From NCBI GenBank assembly GCA_964558715.1, contig CAZLFD010000003.1:2312-66311 (forward strand): a DNA stretch of 64,000 nucleotides, read 5' to 3'. Shown piece by piece: positions 57,344 to 64,000 of this stretch; position 1 is the stretch's first letter, and each line of letters opens with the position of its first letter. Source of the stretch: an uncultured Candidatus Peribacteria bacterium (GTDB lineage: Bacteria; Patescibacteriota; Gracilibacteria; CAIRYL01; GCA-016699755). Under the pieces are notes generated by a model that saw nothing but the letters and a program-made list of their open reading frames with translations, made no database searches and had not been told where the DNA came from. The translations under genes and the position numbers were made by a program.

Positions 57344-57940
57344 TCACTTGCTAAATATGCGCTTCAGAAAGCGCAGGACCATGCTGAATAAGTCGTCGGA
57401 TATCTTGCCGTCGCCGTCGGCATCGAGGAACCGCTGCGCCAATGCCATTGGCATACCTTGCTCTTGCTTGAGTGATCCGGTGGCCTGTTGCAGCAGACCG
57501 GCGATATTGCCCGCATCGAGCCCCTGCTCGAGCTTCGCTTTTCCCAACGCGCCCATCACCACCGGGGCGAGCATGGCGAGGATCTTTCCGGTCTCTTGCT
57601 TACCGGCACCGGTCTGGCCGGCGAGCAGTTCTTCTACCTGCGCAGGGTCTGTAAACAGATGCTGCAAAATACCACCCCCTTCACGCATCGCCGAGTCGCC
57701 GAGTGCGTCATCGAGATGGTTAAAGATCGAGCCGTCGTGGTCTTTGGTCAGGGCTTGGTCGAGCTCTGCGGCACCCTTGGCATTTGCAGAGTTCTTGGCG
57801 AGCGCACCCACCAAAAACGGTAAGGCCGTGTTGATAAGCGATTGCGCTTGGTTCGCATCTACCTGGGCCGCCTGGCCGGCTTTGGCCACGAAGGCATCGT
57901 TTATCTGGGCTTTGAGCGTGTCTGTGAGCAGGTCTTGCAT
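57344..57940 (-). CDS. DUF937-domain protein
   Basis: Repeated helical segments (NTALPFLVGALAKN, GGILQHLF, ILAMLAPVVMGALGK) typical of DUF937. The C-terminal DADGDGKISDDL is EF-hand-like. Confidence 0.65.
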   Translation of the reverse strand: MQDLLTDTLKAQINDAFVAKAGQAAQVDANQAQSLINTALPFLVGALAKNSANAKGAAELDQALTKDHDGSIFNHLDDALGDSAMREGGGILQHLFTDPAQVEELLAGQTGAGKQETGKILAMLAPVVMGALGKAKLEQGLDAGNIAGLLQQATGSLKQEQGMPMALAQRFLDADGDGKISDDLFSMVLRFLKRIFSK

Positions 57941-58121
57941 GGGTCAGGGGAAAGGAGCTTTACAATATGCAAACGGCAGGAGTTGCGCAAGGAGGTGTAT
58001 TGTTAATGGTTTTGTGAAGTAGGTGAAACAGCGGAACACCTGCGGCGGCGTAAGAGAAAGGCAAGTTGAGAATGGGGTGCATTCGGACAGGTCTGACTCG
58101 GTGTTTTTGCAAGTCATCAGA

Positions 58122-58153
58122 AAAATGGATTATAGGTTTTTATAATCCATTTT
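58122..58153. terminator. 13-bp perfect inverted repeat (AAAATGGATTATA-ggtttt-TATAATCCATTTT) just downstream of the R-M operon
   Basis: Read directly. On the minus strand the hairpin ends in a T-run (CCATTTTTCTG), about 60 nt after the stop of the methylase gene at 58214. The stem is A/T-rich, so it is weak as a terminator and could instead be an operator. Confidence 0.4.
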
Positions 58154-58213
58154 ATATGTGAGATGTGGATGAGTATGTGGAGCAGGTGAAACAGCAAAAG
58201 TCCTATTGTGGTG

Positions 58214-58975
58214 CTACTGATTCATTTCAACTTTTTGAAACACAAACAAGTGCTCGTGCATGATGAGCAAGAAGTTATGTTCTTTGCTCTTCTTTTCCCA
58301 AAAACCGGTGGCTTTACAATTGTGCTGATGCTTGATGATATCTTCTTTTAACAGGAATCCGGCCTTCAAAAAGCGATCCATGACTTTATATGCCAAAGGC
58401 TGATACATTTTTTTTCTGCGTGTATCACCCATTAGAATTGCGCAAAACTGGCCATTCTTGAGTACACGGTATAATTCTGCAGCAACTTTCTCCATTTCGT
58501 CACAGAATTCATCGAGATTATTGATGCCGGACAGGTCTTGAGCAATTTCCCCCTCACTATACTTAATAATATCCGCGTATGGCGGATGAGTGAGAGCAAA
58601 ATCAATACTAGCATCTTCAATAAAACTAAGATCGCGCGCATCATTCAAATGAAATTCTTGCTTGCTCGGTGTTTTAAAATCGAACTCCAACGACTTCTGC
58701 GATCGTTCAATTGCCCCCGGATTAATATCACAAGCGATTAGGTTTCTGTGAAGAAGCTTGGCTTCTATCGCCGTTGTGCCACCGCCCACCATTGGGTCCA
58801 GTAAGGTATCGCCCTGTTTCGAATATCTGAGTACAAGATTGCGTACAACTTCCGGTGCCCAGTTCCCACGCCAATCAGATTTATGTGTGGCCCAGTTCCC
58901 ACGCCGTCGAAAGCTCCACACAGTAGTACATTCTTGGTCAAACTCTGGCGGGTTCAAGGATTTTGGATCTTTCAT
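58214..58975 (-). CDS. SAM-dependent DNA methyltransferase (N6-adenine/N4-cytosine type), second methylase of the R-M cassette
   Basis: SAM-binding LLDPMVGGGTTAIEA precedes the catalytic (D/N/T)PPY-type motif ALTHPPYADII, a motif order unlike the beta-class DpnA. Lies 4 nt downstream of the endonuclease gene. Confidence 0.72.
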   Translation of the reverse strand: MKDPKSLNPPEFDQECTTVWSFRRRGNWATHKSDWRGNWAPEVVRNLVLRYSKQGDTLLDPMVGGGTTAIEAKLLHRNLIACDINPGAIERSQKSLEFDFKTPSKQEFHLNDARDLSFIEDASIDFALTHPPYADIIKYSEGEIAQDLSGINNLDEFCDEMEKVAAELYRVLKNGQFCAILMGDTRRKKMYQPLAYKVMDRFLKAGFLLKEDIIKHQHNCKATGFWEKKSKEHNFLLIMHEHLFVFQKVEMNQ

Positions 58976-58978
58976 GAT

Positions 58979-59851
58979 TTAGAAAATATAGCCCAGTACT
59001 CCATTTTCCATATCGGCAAGGTTAAACACATAATCGTTATGATTATAAGTTTCCTCCAGCGAATTTCTGGAAGTTAGCCAGCCCTTTCCGTCTGTTATCC
59101 ATACGAAATCGATATCTTGGCGCTTTAGCTCATCATATAAACTACGAAATTCGCCGCACACTGCTTTAAGCTTTGAGCCGCCACCATTGTAAAAATTGGT
59201 TTCAACTAAAGTTAATTTACCTTCATCATTACCGGGCTTCCAGACTGCAAAATCAAAACTTCTTTCAGATTTATCAATCTCAACAACTATGCCCCACCTG
59301 GTCTGAATCATGGTCGGCGTTGCCTGTGCGAGATATTCACACCCACCGGTCGCACAAAATTCTTTTAAGTACTTTTCGACAATGTTTTCCATTATCTTTC
59401 CACCTCGATTCTTTCTGCCATTACTGTCTAGACCCACTTCAACGCCAAATACATAATCAACCAGGTTCTTTACACCGTCTTCCTTAAACAATCTATGTAA
59501 GCCAGACTTCTCAATAAATTCATAACACTTTTTACTCGTGTCTTCCGAATATGTAATTAGCTCCCCAAAGTCGAAAAATTCAGAACTTCTGTCTTCGTAA
59601 TCAAAAATTTCGAGTTGGTCTTCTCGCGTAGCAACTAACACTGGAATAGCACGAATAATATCCGGCTCTTGTCTAAAGAGACGATCGAACTCAGCCTGCA
59701 AATCATCTTTTCCTAGCAGGTAATTTAACTTGTTCAGGGTTATTTCCATTCTCGCCTTATTTTCAAAGACCTTGTTCCAATCCACAAAATACTCCCAAGT
59801 TTTAATTGAGTCTTTCAGGGTAGCCATGAGGTTGCTAAAATTTTTATCCAT
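58979..59851 (-). CDS. Type II restriction endonuclease, DpnII/MboI family (GATC)
   Basis: Strong recalled similarity to R.DpnII: NLVDYVFGVEVGLDSNGRKNRGGKIMENIVEKYL, VETNFYNGGGSKL, FVWITDGKGW. The 290 aa length matches the family. Confidence 0.9.
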   Translation of the reverse strand: MDKNFSNLMATLKDSIKTWEYFVDWNKVFENKARMEITLNKLNYLLGKDDLQAEFDRLFRQEPDIIRAIPVLVATREDQLEIFDYEDRSSEFFDFGELITYSEDTSKKCYEFIEKSGLHRLFKEDGVKNLVDYVFGVEVGLDSNGRKNRGGKIMENIVEKYLKEFCATGGCEYLAQATPTMIQTRWGIVVEIDKSERSFDFAVWKPGNDEGKLTLVETNFYNGGGSKLKAVCGEFRSLYDELKRQDIDFVWITDGKGWLTSRNSLEETYNHNDYVFNLADMENGVLGYIF

Positions 59852-59866
59852 TAGCTTGTTTGATAT

Positions 59867-60817
59867 TTAAACATAGTTGTATACAACAATCTCTGAAACC
59901 TTCCCTCGCTTACTGGCAGCCGAATTTACTGCTCTACCGGCATAAACCGTGTGAATTTTGGCACCATCAATTTCAGAGTATATTTTTCGAATAAATGGCG
60001 TATCTGAATTAGATAACATTACAAAACAACCTTTCTTATGGAGCTTATTGAATGTATCTCGTAATTCAATTTGTTCTTTCTCTAAAAACCCGCCCGCAGT
60101 ATAGCTAGTGAAGCTTGATGTTTTATTAACGGGGTAATACGGCGGATCGAAATACACAAAGTCGCCCTTATTAGCATGCTTCAAAACATCTTTGTAATCA
60201 CGCTTCGCAATCTGTACGTTCTTTAAAAGCTGATGCACATTTCTGAGATTCACTTCATCGCAAATAACTGGGTTATTATATCTACCAAAAGGCACATTAA
60301 ATTCACCTTTTGAATTCACACGATATAAGCCATTAAACCCAGTTCTGTTTAAATAAATAAAGCGCGCAGCAATTTCTACCTTTGACAGATTCTGTGGCTG
60401 TTTGGCTCGCACCGAAAGATAGTACTCTTTCTCGTACTTGTGCTTTTTGAGGCTTTTGATTAATTCCTCCGGACACTCTTTGATCACTTGATAGGTAGTG
60501 ATGAGTTCTTCGTTCACATCCGACAAAACTGCGTTGTAGGGCTGGATATCAAAGAATACAGCACCACCACCGACAAACGGTTCAAAGTAAGTATTATTTT
60601 CAATATCAAACTTGTCTGGCAAGGGATATAGCTTTTGGTATTGGGCTAGTAATTGCCGCTTGCCACCAACCCATTTAATAAAGGGCTTGGCTTTCGCAAT
60701 AGGGCTTGTTGTCAAAAAATTTTCTACCTCATGTACCAAATCTGCAAAAAAACCCCGCTTTCTCCAGCTCGCCACCTTTATCTTGGGAAATCGCTGAAGC
60801 AAGGCATCCGTAGTCAT
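59867..60817 (-). CDS. Dam-family DNA adenine methyltransferase (M.DpnII/M.MboIA-like)
   Basis: KPFIKWVGGKRQLL, FEPFVGGGAVFF (SAM binding), YFDPPYYPV (DPPY catalytic motif). Confidence 0.9.
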   Translation of the reverse strand: MTTDALLQRFPKIKVASWRKRGFFADLVHEVENFLTTSPIAKAKPFIKWVGGKRQLLAQYQKLYPLPDKFDIENNTYFEPFVGGGAVFFDIQPYNAVLSDVNEELITTYQVIKECPEELIKSLKKHKYEKEYYLSVRAKQPQNLSKVEIAARFIYLNRTGFNGLYRVNSKGEFNVPFGRYNNPVICDEVNLRNVHQLLKNVQIAKRDYKDVLKHANKGDFVYFDPPYYPVNKTSSFTSYTAGGFLEKEQIELRDTFNKLHKKGCFVMLSNSDTPFIRKIYSEIDGAKIHTVYAGRAVNSAASKRGKVSEIVVYNYV

Positions 60818-60882
60818 TTTCGGCTTTAGTTACGTCTGCATAAGATCCTACTGCTTTAAATTTTCTAGATCAATCTTGTTTT

Positions 60883-61248
60883 TTATTTCCACTCTGTCCA
60901 ATACGAATCGCCATCATCCGAATACATTTCCGCCCATTCTTGTGGCGTGCACTTCGTATGCAAACACGCATCCGAACAAAAGTATTCCCGCCCGCCGTCG
61001 ATGCAATAGCCCTCATCCATCCACTTGCCACAATGCTCGCATGTTCGTTCCGGGTCAATTATGGCTCCGGTTTCGGTAATGTGTTCCACATTCGTCACCT
61101 GCACAAAATCACAGGCAAAGCGGTATTGGCCGCGCTCGTACATTGCTTTCGCTTTTGCTTCCGCGGCTTCTTCATCATTTGCAAACAACCAAATTCTGCC
61201 CACGCCGCTCGCCTGCATCATTACTTCGTAATACTTCATTGTACGCAA
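60883..61248 (-). CDS. Hypothetical protein with a C-terminal FCS/TRASH-like zinc-ribbon
   Basis: CEHCGKWMDEGYCIDGGREYFCSDACLHTKC...YWTEW: a CxxC ... YFCSxxC pattern. The start is possibly ATG 61239. Confidence 0.5.
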   Translation of the reverse strand: MRTMKYYEVMMQASGVGRIWLFANDEEAAEAKAKAMYERGQYRFACDFVQVTNVEHITETGAIIDPERTCEHCGKWMDEGYCIDGGREYFCSDACLHTKCTPQEWAEMYSDDGDSYWTEWK

Positions 61249-61299
61249 AAATCACCCGCATCGTAGCGATCTTGGCGGGGCGTTGTCAGATCAATTTTT

Positions 61300-62319
61300 C
61301 TACCCCTCACTCAGCGCCCGCTTGATCATAAACTCCACATTTTCATTCGCATTCTTGTACTCCAAAATCTTTTTGGGGTGCTTCTGCTGCCACACGCGAA
61401 ATACCTCATCGGCAAAGGCCTGCCCCACCGTGGGCACCCCTTTGAAATCGAAGATGATACGGGTGAATTTCTCGAGATTGGTCAGCACCCGCCGGGCTTG
61501 TGAGCGCGAGACGTGCACGGCACCGTACTGATAGAGCTTGACGTGGATATCAGTGGTGTCGAAGGCGAATTCTTCGTACGCGTACTGGTGAAAGAGCTCG
61601 CTGATGCGCTTGTCGGTGTCGAGAGCGATGGCAAAGGTCACCCGGGTGCCGCGCCTGGTGGAAGCGGAATCTTGTAAGAAGATGTCATCGACGAGGTTGT
61701 CGCGGATCAGCCGCTTGCCGAAACTGTCGAGTTCGAAGGTGTCGGCGATGCGCGAGGTGAAAAAGATACCCTGGCCGGAGTGGGCTTGGGGCATGGTGGT
61801 CGTCTTGCCCTTGAGCAGTTCTTGAATGGCGGCAAGCTCATCTGGCAGATTCTTTTTATCGCGGATACTGCGGAAGACACCGATGCCGGCATCACCGATC
61901 TGAAAGGTGATCGTAGTCGGTGTTTTTTGCCAGGTGATGTGGATGGCTTTAGAATGGCTGTGCTCGATAGCGTTGTTGAGCATTTCGGAAAACGCGTAGT
62001 CGAGGATGCTGACAAGATTGTCGGGCAGTCCGTCGAAGATGCGTTTGCCCTTGCGGATATCGAGGAACACTTGGTGCTCTTGCAGATTTTCGTTTTTGAG
62101 GCGCAGCGAGGTCTCTTGCGTCGTATTGGCAGCGTTTGTGGCGAGCGTGTATTTCGCCCCGCGAGTGCTGCCGCTTTTTTGCAGAATGCCGGTGTCTACC
62201 AGATGTTTCAGCTCTTTGGCGATGCCTTGCGGGGTTGCCTGAGTGTGCTGTCGGATCAGGCTTGTAGTGAGCTGTTCGTGCTCTTGGGCCAATTGAAGGA
62301 TGAGGTCGCGCAGTTTCAT
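61300..62319 (-). CDS. wHTH + GHKL (RsbW/anti-sigma-kinase-like) ATPase + DUF4325 (STAS-like) fusion protein
   Basis: N-terminal wHTH (TSLIRQHTQATPQGIAKELKHLVDTGILQKSG). N-box AFSEMLNNAIEHS, G1 box IGDAGIGV, G2-like HSGQGIFF. The C-terminal third (ARRVLTNLEKFTRIIFDFKGVPTVGQAFADEVFRVW) is typical of DUF4325. Confidence 0.7.
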   Translation of the reverse strand: MKLRDLILQLAQEHEQLTTSLIRQHTQATPQGIAKELKHLVDTGILQKSGSTRGAKYTLATNAANTTQETSLRLKNENLQEHQVFLDIRKGKRIFDGLPDNLVSILDYAFSEMLNNAIEHSHSKAIHITWQKTPTTITFQIGDAGIGVFRSIRDKKNLPDELAAIQELLKGKTTTMPQAHSGQGIFFTSRIADTFELDSFGKRLIRDNLVDDIFLQDSASTRRGTRVTFAIALDTDKRISELFHQYAYEEFAFDTTDIHVKLYQYGAVHVSRSQARRVLTNLEKFTRIIFDFKGVPTVGQAFADEVFRVWQQKHPKKILEYKNANENVEFMIKRALSEG

Positions 62320-62330
62320 GCTGCAGAAAG

Positions 62331-62420
62331 ATTATCAACTTAATTATCAACTTTTATTTTTGAATTATCAACTTAATTATCAACTTTTTGCGTACATATT
62401 CTCAACTCGATTCTCAACTT
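62331..62420. repeat. Iteron-like array: six direct 11-12 bp repeats in three tandem pairs
   Basis: ATTATCAACTT occurs at 62331, 62343, 62364 and 62376. ATTCTCAACT(C/T) occurs at 62398 and 62410. Spacing is 12 bp within pairs and 33-34 bp between pairs. The array starts 12 nt upstream of the ATG at 62319. Confidence 0.9.
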
Positions 62421-62560
62421 AGTGACCTGACTGATCGCTATCGAACTATAAAATGGCTGTGGCTATTTTATACTCTACTACAAAAAAGTCAGGTTTTCTG
62501 TATTGAACATTGCTTCACACTTTTGCCAGAATCTTCTTTGCCCTCTCGAAACGATCCCCC

Positions 62561-63004
62561 GTGAAGTCCCCCCTGAAAATCACCGCCATCCACCCCATAA
62601 AACCCGGTAAGCGGCACGAACTGCCGTTGTATCTGTCGCGCATTTCCGCCGGCTTCCCCAGCCCGGCGGATGATTTTTTGGAGAAGAAACTCGACCTCTT
62701 TGAAGAGCTCGTGCGGCATCCGGCCGCCACGTTTTATGTGCGGGCGGAAGGCGAGTCGATGACCGGCGCGGGTATTTTTTCTGGCGATACGCTGATTGTG
62801 GACCGGGCGCTCGAGGCGCGCGACGGCGATATCGTGGTGGCAGTGGTAGATGGAGAACTCCTCGTGAAGTATTTAGAGAAGCAGGGCGATGGGATACGGC
62901 TGCGCGCGGCGAACCCGGCCTATAAGCCGCTCGAGGTACAGGGGGAGATGGATTTTGAAGTATGGGGCGTGGTGACGAATGTATTCCACAAAGTGCGCCG
63001 CTAG
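62561..63004 (+). CDS. umuD: UmuD-like S24 peptidase (translesion polymerase accessory subunit)
   Basis: LPLYLSRISAGFPSPADDF, AEGESMTGAGIFSGDTLIVDR and DIVVAVVDGELLVKYL give the Ser/Lys dyad context. GTG 62561 is preferred; the track ORF starts at TTG 62510. Confidence 0.85.
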   Translation: MKSPLKITAIHPIKPGKRHELPLYLSRISAGFPSPADDFLEKKLDLFEELVRHPAATFYVRAEGESMTGAGIFSGDTLIVDRALEARDGDIVVAVVDGELLVKYLEKQGDGIRLRAANPAYKPLEVQGEMDFEVWGVVTNVFHKVRR

Positions 63005-63045
63005 CGCTGTGGCTGCACAACGGATGAACGATGATCCATTTTTAC

Positions 63046-63084
63046 AAAACCCCCTCTGGCCCACCCCCTTGTCAGGAGGAAGAT
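63046..63084 (-). repeat. Copy G (reverse orientation) of the dispersed element, between umuD and umuC
   Basis: The minus strand reads CTTCCTCCtgacaaGGGGGTGggCCAGAGGGGGTTTTG, which aligns with copy B. Confidence 0.55.
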
Positions 63085-63119
63085 AAGTAGATTTTTTATT
63101 TTTTCGCTTAATGCTTGGT

Positions 63120-64000
63120 ATGTTTGCTCTTGTCGACTGCAACAATTTTTTTGTCTCTTGCGAACGGGTGTTTAATCCGCAGCTGAGGAATGTGCCTGTG
63201 GCGGTGCTGAGCAGCAACGATGGCTGTGTTATTGCGCGGAGCAACGAGGTAAAGGCATTGGGTGTGCCAATGGGCGCCCCGTATTTTAAATATAAAGCGC
63301 TACTCAGGCAGCATGGGGCGCGAGTGTTTTCGTCGAACTTTGAACTGGTGGGCGATATGTCTGACCGGGTGATGCAGACCCTGCGGCCGTTTGTAGAAGA
63401 GATGGAGATCTACTCGGTAGATGAGGCCTTTGTGCGCTTACCGACCCTGCCAAACGAGAGCTACGCGCAGTATGGAAAGCGCATCCGTGAGACCATTTAC
63501 CGCCACACCGGCATCCCCGTTTCCGTAGGCATCGCGCCGACCAAGACCCTTACTAAGATCGCCGGGGTGCTTATCAAACAGACTCCGACAAAAACCGGCG
63601 TGCTCGATATAGCGCAGGTGCCAGATGTAGATGCACGGCTTGCAGAGTTAAGCGTGCACAAGGTGTGGGGCATCGGTTCGGCGCTTACCCGGCGGCTTGA
63701 AGGGCTGAATATTCATACGGTACGTGACTACAAGTATGCCGATGAACGCTTGGTAAAAAAACATCTGCACACGCCCGGCCTGCGCACCCTGCTCGAACTG
63801 AAGGGAGTATCGTGCTTGCCTCTGGCAGCGGCAGATGAACCGTGTAAAACGGTGCTTCATTCGCGTACTTTTAGTCGAACCGTACGGGAGTTTGCCGATC
63901 TACGAGGGGCGATAAGCACCTTTGCCGCCAAGGCGGGCGAAAAGTTACGCCAAAAAGGGCGTATCGCCAATCTGCTCACGGTGTTCGTGCAGACGAGTCG
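63120..64000 (+). CDS. umuC: Y-family DNA polymerase (UmuC/DinB-like), N-terminal 293 codons; runs off the right edge
   Basis: Manual translation gives MFALVDCNNFFVSCERVFNPQLRNVPVAVLSSNDGCVIARSNEVKALGV...SVDEAFV...VSVGIAPTKTLTKIA...VWGIG. It is absent from the ORF track because there is no stop in the window. An alternative ATG lies at 63111. Confidence 0.9.
   Translation, partial: MFALVDCNNFFVSCERVFNPQLRNVPVAVLSSNDGCVIARSNEVKALGVPMGAPYFKYKALLRQHGARVFSSNFELVGDMSDRVMQTLRPFVEEMEIYSVDEAFVRLPTLPNESYAQYGKRIRETIYRHTGIPVSVGIAPTKTLTKIAGVLIKQTPTKTGVLDIAQVPDVDARLAELSVHKVWGIGSALTRRLEGLNIHTVRDYKYADERLVKKHLHTPGLRTLLELKGVSCLPLAAADEPCKTVLHSRTFSRTVREFADLRGAISTFAAKAGEKLRQKGRIANLLTVFVQTS

Noticed and set aside
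62331-62420. CRISPR array
   Set aside because: The repeats are only 11-12 bp, occur in abutting pairs without unique 25-40 bp spacers, and no cas genes are present. The dispersed palindromic elements are likewise solitary and not arrayed.
62430-62560. LexA/SOS box upstream of umuD
   Set aside because: Only partial matches are present (CTGTATTGAACA, isolated GAAC words). Neither CTGT-N8-ACAG nor GAAC-N4-GTTC occurs, and no shared motif with the uvrB upstream region was found by eye.

Overview
The window is a compact, mostly housekeeping chromosomal segment. Many adjacent genes overlap by ATGA or TGATG. Gene content suggests a small-genome, Gram-positive-like or CPR/Patescibacteria-like bacterium, but this is inference only. 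Confident core genes are cysS, folE, proA, aroA-aroK-cysE, rplY, queA, uvrB, rpe, rpiB, ychF, gyrB, murC, guaA, nadK, miaA and fbp, plus tRNA-Leu(CAA), tRNA-His(GTG) and initiator tRNA-Met. Surface and envelope genes are prominent. They include a more than 1060 aa SLH-domain S-layer-like protein that runs off the left edge and is missing from the ORF track, a 1676 aa protein built from repeated lamin-tail domains and coupled to a TM1410/GH114-like hydrolase, two tandem solute-binding lipoproteins, and two adjacent tri-modular pilin-like membrane proteins followed by a Wzy_C-family gene. The right end (about 58-64 kb) looks accessory. It carries an A+T-richer MboI/DpnII-type methylase-endonuclease-methylase cassette, a zinc-ribbon protein, a wHTH/GHKL-ATPase/DUF4325 fusion regulator preceded by six iteron-like repeats, and umuDC. 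Other notable structure: a 415-bp near-identical direct repeat of the queA 3-prime end brackets a 2.25-kb segment carrying an NhaP antiporter and decayed gene remnants. Two unusually long non-coding gaps (about 950 and 800 bp) contain strong hairpins. A dispersed C-arm/G-arm palindromic element occurs in at least 9 copies, and heptamer TTGCAAT-like tandem repeats occur at several sites. No CRISPR array, transposase, integrase or rRNA was seen.
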